From a virus, in the IMG/VR virus record IMGVR_UViG_3300045988_040126: DNA of 45,135 nt; one strand, 5' to 3'. The position numbers and the translations under genes were made by a program. Under the pieces are notes generated by a model. It searched no databases and was not told the origin of the DNA. It saw nothing but the letters and a program-made list of their open reading frames with translations. Below are positions 31,765-41,871 of this stretch, piece after piece (the stretch's first letter is position 1; every line of letters starts with the position of its first letter).

Positions 31765-32259
31765 ATGAAACTTTACGACGTGAAAGCGGTTGCGCGGTTC
31801 TTGGACGTTTCCGAACGCCGCGTGCGGCAGTTGCGCGACGAAAAGGTGATTGCAGAGGTCCGCCCCGGCCTGTATGACCTGATCGACACGAACCACCGCT
31901 ATATAAACTACCTACGCAAGCGGAACCCGGAAAGCGACGAAACGATTGACTACAACACGGAGCGGGCAAAGCTGGTCCGGGCGAAGCGGAAAAATGAAGA
32001 ATACGAATTGCAGTTGAAAGAAAACAAGCTTCATTCGTCGGAGGACATCGAAGCCGTTATGAAAGATATGCTTGTGAACTTCAAAGCGCGGCTTATGGCT
32101 ATTCCGGCGAAGCTTGCCCCGGTCCTTTGCAAGAAAACGGACCGGGCGGAAATCTTCAAACTGCTAAAAGAACATATCGACGAAGCCTTGCTGGAATTGT
32201 CGGACTTCAACGAAACTTTCGGAGAGAGGGGGAACGATGGTGAAACAAGCGACGATTGA
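31765..32259 (+). CDS. Nu1-like terminase small subunit
   Basis: 164 aa. MerR-like N-terminal HTH (VARFLDVSERRVRQL) and an E..L...K coiled segment. It overlaps the start of the GpA-type TerL. Confidence 0.65.
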   Translation: MKLYDVKAVARFLDVSERRVRQLRDEKVIAEVRPGLYDLIDTNHRYINYLRKRNPESDETIDYNTERAKLVRAKRKNEEYELQLKENKLHSSEDIEAVMKDMLVNFKARLMAIPAKLAPVLCKKTDRAEIFKLLKEHIDEALLELSDFNETFGERGNDGETSDD

Positions 32260-34060
32260 TCTTTTTACCCGCATTTTTGCCGTTCTTGCCCCGCCGCCGG
32301 ACATGACAATTTCGGAATGGGCGGACGAATACCGCCGTCTTTCCTCTGAATCATCGGCGGAGCCGGGCCGCTGGCGCACGTCAAAGGCCCCCTATCAGAA
32401 AGAAATCATGGACGCAATATGCGACGTGAGCATTCAGAAAGTTGTTGTAATGAGCGCGGCGCAGATCGGAAAGACGGACGGGTTCATTTTGAACCCGATA
32501 GGCTATTTCATGCACTACGACCCGTCGCCGATCATGGTATTACAGCCGACCATACAGATGGCGGAAACGTTCAGCAAAGACCGCCTTTCCCCCATGTTGC
32601 GGGACACGCCCGTTCTACGTGACCGGGTGAACGATAAAGCCCGGAACAGCGGGAACACGATCTTGCAAAAGATTTTCCCCGGCGGTCATGTGACTATGGT
32701 GGGCGCAAATTCCCCGTCGTCCCTTGCTTCCCGTCCGATTCGGATATTACTTGCGGACGAAATCGACCGATACCCGGCGACGGCGGGCAATGAGGGCGAC
32801 CCCCTCTTACTTGCCGGAAAGCGGCTTACAACCTTTTGGAACAAGAAAGAAGTTGACGTTTCAACCCCGACAATCAAGGGACTTTCCCGAATCGAAGTCG
32901 AATACGAACACAGCACACAAGAGGAATGGAACGTTCCTTGCCCCGCGTGCGGGGCGCTGACCCCGCTTGAATGGGCGAACATCGTATTTGACCGGGAAAA
33001 CCTCGACGAAATCGGGTGCGTTTGCCCCGCGTGCGGCGTGCTATCCTCCGAAATGGAATGGAAAGAACACTTTTCCGGCGGGAAGTTTATTGCAAAGTAC
33101 CCGGAACGAAAAGTTCGGGGCTTTCACCTGAACGCCCTTGCTTCCCTGTTCGTTGAATGGCGGGAGATCGTGCAAAAATTCCTTACCGCAAACGACGAAA
33201 AGAAGAAAGGCAATATTGAACTTCTCAAAGTATGGACCAACACAGAGATGGGGCAGACATGGGAGGAAGAGGGCGAACAACTCGAAACGGACGACCTTTA
33301 CAAGCGCCGCGAAAAGTATAATTGCGAAGTGCCGGAAGAAGTGCTGGTACTGACCGCGGGCGTTGACGTTCAGGACGACCGTTTCGAGATTGAGGTTGTC
33401 GGCTGGGGAGTGGAAAAAGAAAGCTGGGGGATTCGCTATCAGGTCATACGCGGCGACCTGAAATTAAAGCCAGTTTGGGACGAACTGGACGCGTTTCTTT
33501 CGCAGACGTTCACGACCGCTGACGGGCGGCGGCTGAAAATCATTTGCACGTGCGTTGATTCCGGCGGACACTTCACGACGCAAGTTTACCGCTTTTGCAA
33601 AGAGCGGACGGCACGCCGGGTATTCGCTATCAAGGGCAAGGGCGGTGCGGACGTGCCGTATTACAACCGCCCATCAACCGCAAACAGCGTCAAAGCGCCG
33701 CTATTTACAATCGGCGTTGACACAGGGAAAGCGATCTTGTATCAGCGGCTGGGCATTCAGAAAGAGGGGCCGAATTACTGTCATTTCCCGAAAGAGAAAG
33801 ACAGAGGGTACACGCAAGAGTATTTCCGCGGCCTGACCGCTGAAAAAATGGTGATGACCTACAAGAAAGGCAAAGCGCAATACGTGTGGACGCTGAAAGA
33901 CGGAGGGTACAAGCGAAATGAACCGCTTGATATACGGAATTACGCAACCGTCGCGCTGGAGATTGCGAACCCGGTTTTGAAAAAGCCGGACCACGCCGCG
34001 CCGCCAGCCCCGCCCCGCAAGCGCGGCAGACGGTCCAGAGGAAACGGAGGAATTGCATAA
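32237..34060 (+). CDS. terL: terminase large subunit, lambda GpA family
   Basis: 607 aa. ISEWADEYRRLS...PGRWR...APYQKEIMDA and MSAAQIGKTD (Walker A-like) match the GpA family pattern. Confidence 0.9.
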   Translation: MVKQATIDLFTRIFAVLAPPPDMTISEWADEYRRLSSESSAEPGRWRTSKAPYQKEIMDAICDVSIQKVVVMSAAQIGKTDGFILNPIGYFMHYDPSPIMVLQPTIQMAETFSKDRLSPMLRDTPVLRDRVNDKARNSGNTILQKIFPGGHVTMVGANSPSSLASRPIRILLADEIDRYPATAGNEGDPLLLAGKRLTTFWNKKEVDVSTPTIKGLSRIEVEYEHSTQEEWNVPCPACGALTPLEWANIVFDRENLDEIGCVCPACGVLSSEMEWKEHFSGGKFIAKYPERKVRGFHLNALASLFVEWREIVQKFLTANDEKKKGNIELLKVWTNTEMGQTWEEEGEQLETDDLYKRREKYNCEVPEEVLVLTAGVDVQDDRFEIEVVGWGVEKESWGIRYQVIRGDLKLKPVWDELDAFLSQTFTTADGRRLKIICTCVDSGGHFTTQVYRFCKERTARRVFAIKGKGGADVPYYNRPSTANSVKAPLFTIGVDTGKAILYQRLGIQKEGPNYCHFPKEKDRGYTQEYFRGLTAEKMVMTYKKGKAQYVWTLKDGGYKRNEPLDIRNYATVALEIANPVLKKPDHAAPPAPPRKRGRRSRGNGGIA

Positions 34061-34300
34061 ATGGCAAATGGAATCAGCCTTGAAATTGCAAAAAAGCACC
34101 TTGACGCATGGCTTACCGCCGAATTGGAGGTTACGACACATCAAAGTTACACGATAGGTTCGCGGAGCCTGACAAAAGCGAACCTTTCGGAGATCAGAAA
34201 ACAGATCGAATATTGGAGCGATCAGGTTGCACGGCTGGAGAACATCGAAAAGCGCGGCGGGCGAAACCGCGTTTACCGCGCCGTGCCGCGGGACCTGTAA
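34061..34300 (+). CDS. head-tail joining protein gpW-like
   Basis: 79 aa between TerL and the portal. The pattern AWL.AE..V...QSY.IG.RSLT.A.L.EI is gpW-like. Confidence 0.7.
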   Translation: MANGISLEIAKKHLDAWLTAELEVTTHQSYTIGSRSLTKANLSEIRKQIEYWSDQVARLENIEKRGGRNRVYRAVPRDL

Positions 34301-34319
34301 GAAAGGACGGTGAAGCGGA

Positions 34320-35900
34320 TTGAATGTATTTGACCGCGTAATTGCGGCAGTATCGCCCGAAAGAGCCTTGAAACGGGCCGGGGCGCGTCGCAAATTACAG
34401 ATACTTGACAGCGGTTACAGCAATTACGGCGCGTCGGTAACGAAAAAATCGCTTGCCGGGTGGCTTTACGGCGGAGGGTCCGCACGGGAGGACATACAAG
34501 AAAACCTTTCTGTTCTCCGCCAGCGTTGCCGTGATCTTTACATGGGTGTTCCACTTGCGACGGGTGCGTTGAAAACGTGCCGAACAAACGTCGTCGGGTC
34601 CGGCTTGAAACTGAAAAGTCAAGTCGATTATGAGGTTTTAGGAATCAGCGAAGAGGAAGCGCGGGAACTTGAATGCAAGATCGAACGGGAATTTGCTTTG
34701 TGGGCGGATTCCCCCGCTTGTGATTTGGAGCGGCTGGACAACTTTTACGAACTCCAGCAACTCGCCTTTCTGAATTGGCTTATGAGCGGGGACGTTATCG
34801 CAACGCTTCCCGTGACAAGCCGGGTGAATATGCCCTATGACCTCCGAATCTGTTTGATTGAAGCGGACAGGTTGAGCAACCCGCACGGAGAAACGGGCGA
34901 CCCGCACATTGTCGGCGGCGTTGAAACGAACGACGCGGGCGAAGTCGTCGCATACCATATCAGCACCCACCACCCCCTTTCGTATGAATTTACAGAAATG
35001 AAGTGGACGCGGGTTGAAGCATGGGGCGAAAAGACCGGGCGGCGCAATGTGATTCACATTATGAACCGGGAACGAATCGGACAGCGCCGCGGCGTGCCGT
35101 TTCTTGCCCCGGTCATCGAAGCGTTGAAGCAGTTAGGGCGATACACCGACGCGGAACTTGTCGCCGCCGTCGTTTCGGGTATGTTTACGGTATTCATCGA
35201 AAAGGAAAGCGCGTCGGCTGACGGCGCTTTCGGTGAAATTATCCCGGAAGAAGCACAGGTGGACGCGGACGACGACAGCACGATTGAACTTGCGCCCGGC
35301 GCAATCGTGGACTTGAACGAGGGCGAAAAGGCGCACGACATGAACCCCGGCAGACCGAACACGGCGTTTGACGGGTTCGTGATTGCCATTTGCCGACAGA
35401 TCGGCGCGGCCCTTGAAATTCCTTACGAACTGCTGGTAAAGAACTTCAACGCGTCGTACAGCGCGTCACGCGGCGCGCTATTGGAAGCATGGAAAATGTT
35501 TCGTATGTATCGGACATGGCTTGCAAACGATTTTTGCCAGCCAATTTACGAAGAGTGGTTCGCGGAAGCCGTCGCAAAGGGAAGAATCCCCGCGCCCGGC
35601 TTTTTTTCTGACCCGATCATTCGCAAGGCGTACACCGGGACGGAGTGGAACGGCCCGGCGCAGGGCCTTTTGAACCCGGTTCAGGAAGTCACCGCGGCGG
35701 AAAAGCGCGTGCAAAACGGCTTTTCGACCCGTGACCGTGAAGCAATGGAAATGAACGGGTCCGATTTCTACCAAAACGCGGCGCAGTTAAGGCGCGAAGA
35801 AAAGCTATTAAAGGAGGTCAAGGGCGATGGCACAGGAAGCCAAAAAGAAGAGCGGCCCGGCGAAGAACCCGGACAATCAAGCACAGAACCCGAAAAATAA
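34320..35900 (+). CDS. portal protein, lambda family
   Basis: 526 aa, TTG start. Gene order and the N-terminal pattern (AAVSPERALKR..AR..L) fit lambda-type portals. Confidence 0.85.
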   Translation: MNVFDRVIAAVSPERALKRAGARRKLQILDSGYSNYGASVTKKSLAGWLYGGGSAREDIQENLSVLRQRCRDLYMGVPLATGALKTCRTNVVGSGLKLKSQVDYEVLGISEEEARELECKIEREFALWADSPACDLERLDNFYELQQLAFLNWLMSGDVIATLPVTSRVNMPYDLRICLIEADRLSNPHGETGDPHIVGGVETNDAGEVVAYHISTHHPLSYEFTEMKWTRVEAWGEKTGRRNVIHIMNRERIGQRRGVPFLAPVIEALKQLGRYTDAELVAAVVSGMFTVFIEKESASADGAFGEIIPEEAQVDADDDSTIELAPGAIVDLNEGEKAHDMNPGRPNTAFDGFVIAICRQIGAALEIPYELLVKNFNASYSASRGALLEAWKMFRMYRTWLANDFCQPIYEEWFAEAVAKGRIPAPGFFSDPIIRKAYTGTEWNGPAQGLLNPVQEVTAAEKRVQNGFSTRDREAMEMNGSDFYQNAAQLRREEKLLKEVKGDGTGSQKEERPGEEPGQSSTEPEK

Positions 35901-37005
35901 GCACTTTTGGAGTTTCCGGGACGCGGCGGGAGAAAACGCCGCCCCGGAATTGATTTTATACGGCGATATTGCCTCCGAAACGTGGTGGGGCGACGAAGTA
36001 ACGCCCCGGCAGTTTACGGAGGAATTGAACGCGCTGGGGTCCGTCCCCGAAATCGTCGTGCGAATCAACAGCGGCGGCGGCGATGTATTCGCCGCGAATG
36101 CCATTTATACCCGGCTGAAAGACAACCCGGCGAAAATCACGGTAAAGATTGACGGCTGGGCCGCGTCCGCGGCGACGATTGTTGCAATGGCGGGCGACGT
36201 GATCGAGATTCCGGGCAACGGCGTTTTTATGGTGCATGACCCGTCCGTGGGCTTGCTGGGTTACTTCAACGAAGCCGACCTTGTGAAAGTCGGCGAAGAA
36301 CTGAAAGTGATTAAACAATCAATCGTGAACGGGTACGCCCTGAAAACAGGCAAAGACGCAGACGAAATCGCCGCAATTATGACCGCGGAAACATGGTACG
36401 ACGGCAAACAGGCCGTTGACGCTGGTTTTTGCGACAAAATCATGTTCGAGGAAGCCGACACGACCGTTGAAAACACGGCAAAAGTCATCGTGAACAGCGT
36501 TTCGCTTGATATTTCGCGCTTCCCGAATCTTCCCGTTTCGCTGTTAAACCGTTGTGCGACCCACACGCAGGACGGTTTTTCAGATATACAACATCAAAAT
36601 GAACCGAAAAGGAGCGAAGAAATCATGGACGGAATCAAGGACATCAAGACCGTTGACGGCCTGAAAGCGGCTTTCCCCGACCTGACAAAGCAGATCGAGG
36701 ACGCGGCGACCGCCGCGGAACGCAAGCGCATTCAGGACATCGAGGACGTGGCGCTTCCGGGCTTTGAAAATATCGTTGCGGAAGCAAAATTCACGAAACC
36801 CGTTGCCGCGGGCGACGTTGCGAAAGCGATTGTTGCGGAACAGCGCAAGCTGGGCGGCAAGTACATTCAGGACCGCGACGACGACGCGAAGAACAGCGGC
36901 GCGGGCAAAGTCGGAGCGGGCGCAGGAATTGAGGGGACCAGCGGCAAGAGCGGCGCGGACGAAATCGACGCGGCGCTTGACAAGCTTTTCCCCGAAACGA
37001 AGTAA
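35827..37005 (+). CDS. ClpP/S14-type head maturation protease fused to a scaffold-like C-terminus
   Basis: 392 aa. INSGGGDVFAANAIY ... GWAASAATIVAMAG ... MVHDP is the ClpP-like serine protease core. Confidence 0.85.
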   Translation: MAQEAKKKSGPAKNPDNQAQNPKNKHFWSFRDAAGENAAPELILYGDIASETWWGDEVTPRQFTEELNALGSVPEIVVRINSGGGDVFAANAIYTRLKDNPAKITVKIDGWAASAATIVAMAGDVIEIPGNGVFMVHDPSVGLLGYFNEADLVKVGEELKVIKQSIVNGYALKTGKDADEIAAIMTAETWYDGKQAVDAGFCDKIMFEEADTTVENTAKVIVNSVSLDISRFPNLPVSLLNRCATHTQDGFSDIQHQNEPKRSEEIMDGIKDIKTVDGLKAAFPDLTKQIEDAATAAERKRIQDIEDVALPGFENIVAEAKFTKPVAAGDVAKAIVAEQRKLGGKYIQDRDDDAKNSGAGKVGAGAGIEGTSGKSGADEIDAALDKLFPETK

Positions 37006-37019
37006 GGAGGTAAAAGACC

Positions 37020-37343
37020 ATGTATGAGATCAACAGAGATCAGACCAGCCCCGTGAACTTCTTTGCGGGCGACTTCCCCGTTGTGACGGAAGCCGGGGAC
37101 GTGAAGAGCGGCGCAACCGTCCGCAAATACGCCCCCGTCATCAAAACCGCCGACGGTATCAGCGAAGCGACCGCCGACGGGCTGGCGGACTTGCACGGAA
37201 TCGCCGCGGACGATTCGACCGACGGCGGCGTTGTGTGCTACCTGACGGGCGAATTTTTCGCCGACGCGCTGACCTTGCCCGACGGCGTGACCGCCGATAC
37301 CCTGAAACCCGCTTTCCGTAAGCTGGGAATCTTTTTGAAGTAA
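37020..37343 (+). CDS. head decoration protein (lambda gpD-like)
   Basis: 107 aa between the protease and the capsid gene. The pattern FFAGDFPVVTE ... GIAADD ... YLTGEF is typical. Confidence 0.75.
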   Translation: MYEINRDQTSPVNFFAGDFPVVTEAGDVKSGATVRKYAPVIKTADGISEATADGLADLHGIAADDSTDGGVVCYLTGEFFADALTLPDGVTADTLKPAFRKLGIFLK

Positions 37344-37359
37344 AGGGAGGAAATCAAAA

Positions 37360-38415
37360 ATGGCTATTCAGACTGATATTTACACCCCACGCACAATGGG
37401 GAAAATCATTCGCCGTATGCCCCCGGTGCATACGTTCTTCCGCGACACGTTCTTCAAGAACCGCCAGACGTTCCCGACGAAGAGCGTTGACGTGGATTTC
37501 AAGAAAGGGAGCCGCGCGCTGGCCCCGTTCGTTCACCCGAAGATCGGTGGCAAGACCGTTCCGAACAGCGGGTACAGAACGGAGAGTTACACCCCCGTTC
37601 TTGTCGCCCCGAACAAGATCACGACCGTTGACGACCTGCTGGAGCGGGCCGCGGGTGAAAATCCGTACAGCGGCAGGACCCCGGCGGAACGGGCCGTTGA
37701 GAAGTTGGCGGAGGATTTCGCCGAACTTACCGAAATGATCGTTCGCCGTGAAGAGTGGATGGCGGCAACCGCTATCTTCACCGGGCAGATTCCCATTATC
37801 GGGGAGGGCCTGAACGAAGTTATCGACTTCAATTTCACGAACACCGAAACCATCGTCACCGACGCGCTGAAATGGACCAGCCCGACCGCTGACCCGCTGG
37901 CCGACCTTGAGCGGTGGCACGAAACCGTACAGAAAAACGGTTTCGTGAACTGCAATATTTGCGTCATGGCAAAGGACGTTGCGAACGCCTTTGTAAACAA
38001 CGCAAAGGTAAAGGAAGTGCTGGACATCAAGGGCTATGATCTTGCGGTCATCAAGCCCCGCCAGCTTCCGAACGGCCTTACCTACATCGGGAGCGTTCAC
38101 AAAATGGGGCTGGACATCTACCAGTACAACGAATGGTATCTTGACAACTGGACCAACCCCGACGCGCCGGAGGACAAGCCGCTTGTTCCTGACGGAACGC
38201 TTGCCCTGCTTTCCACGGAAGCGGACTATTCGATCTATTACGGCGCGGTGACTATGCTTGCCGACAACGGCGTGAACTTTGTTACCGTCGAGGGCGACAA
38301 AGTGCCGCAGACGTGGGTGGAGCGCCGCCCGGACCGCCGTTTCTTGCAGATCAACAGCAAGCCGCTGACCGTGCCGCATGAGGTCAATAGCTGGTTTGTT
38401 GCAAAGGTTCTTTAA
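37360..38415 (+). CDS. major capsid protein, lambda gpE family
   Basis: 351 aa. The N-terminus (FFRDTFFKNRQTFPTKSVDVDFKKGSRALAPFVHP) matches the capsid E family pattern. Confidence 0.9.
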   Translation: MAIQTDIYTPRTMGKIIRRMPPVHTFFRDTFFKNRQTFPTKSVDVDFKKGSRALAPFVHPKIGGKTVPNSGYRTESYTPVLVAPNKITTVDDLLERAAGENPYSGRTPAERAVEKLAEDFAELTEMIVRREEWMAATAIFTGQIPIIGEGLNEVIDFNFTNTETIVTDALKWTSPTADPLADLERWHETVQKNGFVNCNICVMAKDVANAFVNNAKVKEVLDIKGYDLAVIKPRQLPNGLTYIGSVHKMGLDIYQYNEWYLDNWTNPDAPEDKPLVPDGTLALLSTEADYSIYYGAVTMLADNGVNFVTVEGDKVPQTWVERRPDRRFLQINSKPLTVPHEVNSWFVAKVL

Positions 38416-38750
38416 TGAACTTCAAAGCGCAAGTCGAGCGGGACTTGACGACCGTTTTTCACAACAGCAACGAACACGCGGACGTTTTGGAGTTTTGGAT
38501 TTCCGGGACCCGGTACAAAGGCCCGGTCATTCTTGACGACGGCGGAGCGCAGGACAGGAAAAAGCCGTCCACCGACCACGTGGACGGTTTAATTCTTGTC
38601 GATTTGGTAATGTACGTCCCTCTTTCCCTCTTGAAACGGACCCCGAAAAAAGATGAAACCGTGGAGATCGGCGACGACGTTTACACAATCACAAAGGTTC
38701 ACCCGGAAGCCGGGGAAATCGTGCTTTATTTGGAGGGGTTGACCGAATGA
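38415..38750 (+). CDS. hypothetical head-tail connector candidate
   Basis: 111 aa. Assigned from its position after the capsid gene and its overlapping stop/start. Confidence 0.45.
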   Translation: MNFKAQVERDLTTVFHNSNEHADVLEFWISGTRYKGPVILDDGGAQDRKKPSTDHVDGLILVDLVMYVPLSLLKRTPKKDETVEIGDDVYTITKVHPEAGEIVLYLEGLTE

Positions 38751-39307
38751 TTGAGATAACGAACGAACAGATCGAGCGGGTAAATCTGCTTTTAGGGGAC
38801 ATCAAAGGCGCGCCGAACCGGGCGCTTTTCAACGTCATAAACCGGGCGCTGGGTACGGTACGTTCACAATCGGGAAAGGTTATCCGGGAAACGTACAACA
38901 TCAAGCAATCAGACATTACCGCAAACCAAAACATGAAGATGAAGCGGGCGACCGCGGGCGACTTGGTGGGTTCTATTGAGTTTGCCGGAACGGTGATACC
39001 GCTAAAACGCTTCAAGGTTTCGCCGACCGCCCCCGCGCAACGCACGGTTTCCGTTTCCGTATTGCGCGCGGAGGGCGGGAAGCGGCTGGAATCGGCATAC
39101 GTCGCAGATTTGGGCAAATACGGTGTGGGCGTGTTTGAACGACTGACGCGACGGCGTGATTCGTCGCAACAGCTTTACGGACCGTCTACCGCGCACATGA
39201 TGGGCAACGAAAACGTGCTTGACAAGGTGGAACAGGCGGCACAAGAAACCATCGACAAGCGCGTTGAACAGGAAATCACCCGTATTCTGAACGGGTACGG
39301 AGGATAA
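38747..39307 (+). CDS. head-tail/neck protein (minor tail protein Z-like candidate)
   Basis: 186 aa. ATGA-coupled, in a neck-module position. Confidence 0.45.
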   Translation: MIEITNEQIERVNLLLGDIKGAPNRALFNVINRALGTVRSQSGKVIRETYNIKQSDITANQNMKMKRATAGDLVGSIEFAGTVIPLKRFKVSPTAPAQRTVSVSVLRAEGGKRLESAYVADLGKYGVGVFERLTRRRDSSQQLYGPSTAHMMGNENVLDKVEQAAQETIDKRVEQEITRILNGYGG

Positions 39308-39310
39308 GAC

Positions 39311-39799
39311 ATGACACCGTTAGAACTGCTGGACGCTTTGAAAGCGTTTATCGAAGAAAACACAAAGGACATCTTGCTTCCCGTCCGGGTGGACAGGAAG
39401 AGCGGAGAAGCGAAAGAGCGGCCCGCGGAGGTCTACAAAATGCGACTTCCGACAAAGGACGCGGAAACGAAGCGGATTCCGTATGTTCTTTTGCAGTACA
39501 TCAAAAGCACAGACACGCAGACCGCCGGGGAAATGCCGGAAAGTTCGTGCATGGTACGGATTGTCGCCGCCACCTATTCGGAGGACGGCGAAGAGGGCGC
39601 ATTATGCGTCCTGAATCTGCTTACCCGGATTCGTATTGCGTTTTTGCGCGACGGCGTGATTGCGGAACGCTTCATGCTGAAACCGCCTATTGAAATGATC
39701 GTCTACCCGGACAGCACGCCGCCCTACTATTTGGGCGAAATGATGACCGAATGGCGAATGCCGATTGTAGAAAGTGAGGTTCAGAAAGTATGGCAGTAG
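39311..39799 (+). CDS. neck / tail completion protein candidate
   Basis: 162 aa. Assigned from its position between the connector genes and the sheath. Confidence 0.4.
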   Translation: MTPLELLDALKAFIEENTKDILLPVRVDRKSGEAKERPAEVYKMRLPTKDAETKRIPYVLLQYIKSTDTQTAGEMPESSCMVRIVAATYSEDGEEGALCVLNLLTRIRIAFLRDGVIAERFMLKPPIEMIVYPDSTPPYYLGEMMTEWRMPIVESEVQKVWQ

Positions 39800-40425
39800 A
39801 GTATAAACCCGGAATGACAAAGCCGGAATTGCTGGAACTTGCCGTTGTGAACGGGATTGACGTTGACGACAGCATGACGAAAGCAAAGATTATCGCCGCT
39901 ATTGACGCGCACAACGCGCAGGAAGCCGCCGAAAGCGGCGGGGAGGGTAACAATACCACCCCGGACGAAAACGCCGGGCAGAGCGGCGCAGAGAACGCCA
40001 CGGGCGACGCTGACACGGGCGGCGGCGGTGACGATACCGCCGGAAGCGGTGAAGAGGGCACACAGGGCGGCGCAGGAAGCGCCGAAAGCGGCGGGGAGGG
40101 TAACAATACCACCCCGGACGAAAACGCCGTACAGGGCGCAACAGAGGACGAAGAGGACGCGCCGGACGGGTACGACCTGTTCGTTTATGCCGGGCCGACC
40201 TTGCCCCGCGGACGGCTGAAAGAAAATGCCGTGTTCCGCGGCACGTTTGAGGACGTGAAAGCCTACCTTGCGGACGTGCTGGAGGTTTACCCGCAGGTGG
40301 CACGGCTGATTGTACCCGTGAACAGGCTGGCGGCATTCTCCGTCAAGGTCAAGACCCCCGGCAACCTTGCACACAAGTATTACAGCGACATTGTTTCGGC
40401 AATGCGCGGCAACAGGGAGGTATAA
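39790..40425 (+). CDS. HeH/SAP-like N-terminal domain protein with an acidic repeat linker
   Basis: 211 aa. MTKPELLELAVVNGIDVDDSMTKAKIIAAI resembles a Rho-N/HeH motif. It is followed by a Gly/Glu/Asp-rich region containing a duplicated AESGGEGNNTTPDENA. Confidence 0.55.
   Translation: MAVEYKPGMTKPELLELAVVNGIDVDDSMTKAKIIAAIDAHNAQEAAESGGEGNNTTPDENAGQSGAENATGDADTGGGGDDTAGSGEEGTQGGAGSAESGGEGNNTTPDENAVQGATEDEEDAPDGYDLFVYAGPTLPRGRLKENAVFRGTFEDVKAYLADVLEVYPQVARLIVPVNRLAAFSVKVKTPGNLAHKYYSDIVSAMRGNREV
39928..39976 (+). repeat. 49-bp perfect direct repeat, copy 1 (in-frame within 39790-40425)
   Basis: gccgaaagcggcggggagggtaacaataccaccccggacgaaaacgccg is identical to 40081-40129. Confidence 0.9.
40081..40129 (+). 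repeat. 49-bp perfect direct repeat, copy 2
   Basis: Identical to 39928-39976. The start-to-start offset is 153 bp (51 codons). Confidence 0.9.
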
Positions 40426-40428
40426 AAA

Positions 40429-41856
40429 ATGGCTGAATTTTACCACGGCGTATCTACAAGACAGGCCGACACGTCGGTAACAACGCCCGTAACGGCTGAT
40501 TCCGGCGTGGCATTCATCGTCGGCGCGGCCCCGGTACATACCGTCGGCGGCACGGTGAACGACCCGATCATGTGCCAGAACTACGCCGAAGCCGTCGCCG
40601 CTTTGGGGTATAGCGACGACTGGAAGAAATACCCCATTTGCGAAGCGATTTATTCGCAATTCAAGCTTTACGGCGTGTCCCCCGCCGTTTTCGTGAACGT
40701 GCTGGACCCCGCGAAGCACAAGAAAACCGTCGATGAAGTAAATTACCCGCTGACCGACGGCAAGGTTCTTTTGCCGCTGGAAGCCCTGAAAGACACGGTG
40801 AAAGTCACCGGGTACGACATCGGAACAGATTTCGACCTGTTTTATGACGGCGGAAATCTGATTCTTGAAGTGCTGGAGGGCGGCGGAATCCCCGAAAACA
40901 CGGGTGAACTGACCATTGCGTTTGACGCGGTGGACCCGTCCGCGATCACGGAGCGGGACATTATCGGCGGGTTCGACACCAACACGAAGAAGTATTCCGG
41001 GCTTGAACTGATTGACAAGGTTTTCCCGAAATACGGAATCGTCGCCGACCTGATCGTTGCCCCCGGCTGGTCCGACAAGTCGGAGGTTGCCGCGGTCATG
41101 GCGGCAAAGGCCGCGAACATCAACGGCGTTTTCGAGGGGAAAGCCCTGATCGACGTTGACACGGAAGCGGTCAAGCATTACGCCGACGTTCCGGCGTGGA
41201 AGAAAGCGCAGAACATCAACGCGAAAACACAGGTTCTTTGCTGGCCTTTGGTGAAGCTGGGGGACCGTGTTTTTCATTTGTCCGTTCAGGCCGCGGGCCG
41301 AATGGGGTTGACCGATTCGGACAACGGCGGTTGCCCGGCGGAATCCCCGTCGAACAAGCTTTTGCAGATGGACAGCGCCGTTCTTGCCGACGGTACGGTG
41401 ATTCTGCTTGACTTGCAGAATGCCAACTACCTGAACAGCAACGGCGTTGTGACCGCCCTTAACTTTATCGGCGGTTATGTGCTTTGGGGCAATGAAACCG
41501 CCTGTTTCCCCGCCGACACGGACGTAAAGAATTACTTTATTGCCGTGTCCCGTATGTTTGGCTGGGTTGCAAATTCCCTGATCTTGACCTATTGGAGCAA
41601 GGTTGACAAGAAGATGACCCGGCGACTGATCGACAGCATTGTTGATTCCGTGAATATTTGGCTGAACGGCCTTGTCGCGGAAGAGCAGTTGCTGGGCGGA
41701 CGCGTCGAGTTCAGGGAGGACGAAAACAGCACGACCGCGCTTATGGCGGGCAAGGCCGTTTTCCATGTGTTCTTGACCCCGCCCAGCCCGGCGAAAGAAC
41801 TTAATTTCGTGCTGGAGTACGACGCGGAGTACGTCGCCGCGGCGCTGACGGCGTAA
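40429..41856 (+). CDS. contractile tail sheath protein
   Basis: 475 aa, located immediately upstream of the tube gene. The N-terminus (YHGV...E......P......SGVAFIVGTAP-like) fits the sheath family. Confidence 0.85.
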   Translation: MAEFYHGVSTRQADTSVTTPVTADSGVAFIVGAAPVHTVGGTVNDPIMCQNYAEAVAALGYSDDWKKYPICEAIYSQFKLYGVSPAVFVNVLDPAKHKKTVDEVNYPLTDGKVLLPLEALKDTVKVTGYDIGTDFDLFYDGGNLILEVLEGGGIPENTGELTIAFDAVDPSAITERDIIGGFDTNTKKYSGLELIDKVFPKYGIVADLIVAPGWSDKSEVAAVMAAKAANINGVFEGKALIDVDTEAVKHYADVPAWKKAQNINAKTQVLCWPLVKLGDRVFHLSVQAAGRMGLTDSDNGGCPAESPSNKLLQMDSAVLADGTVILLDLQNANYLNSNGVVTALNFIGGYVLWGNETACFPADTDVKNYFIAVSRMFGWVANSLILTYWSKVDKKMTRRLIDSIVDSVNIWLNGLVAEEQLLGGRVEFREDENSTTALMAGKAVFHVFLTPPSPAKELNFVLEYDAEYVAAALTA

Positions 41857-41871
41857 AGGAGGGTACAGACA

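Noticed and set aside
37354-38379. 341-aa ORF on the minus strand
   Set aside because: It is antisense to the major capsid gene, which has a strong family signature.
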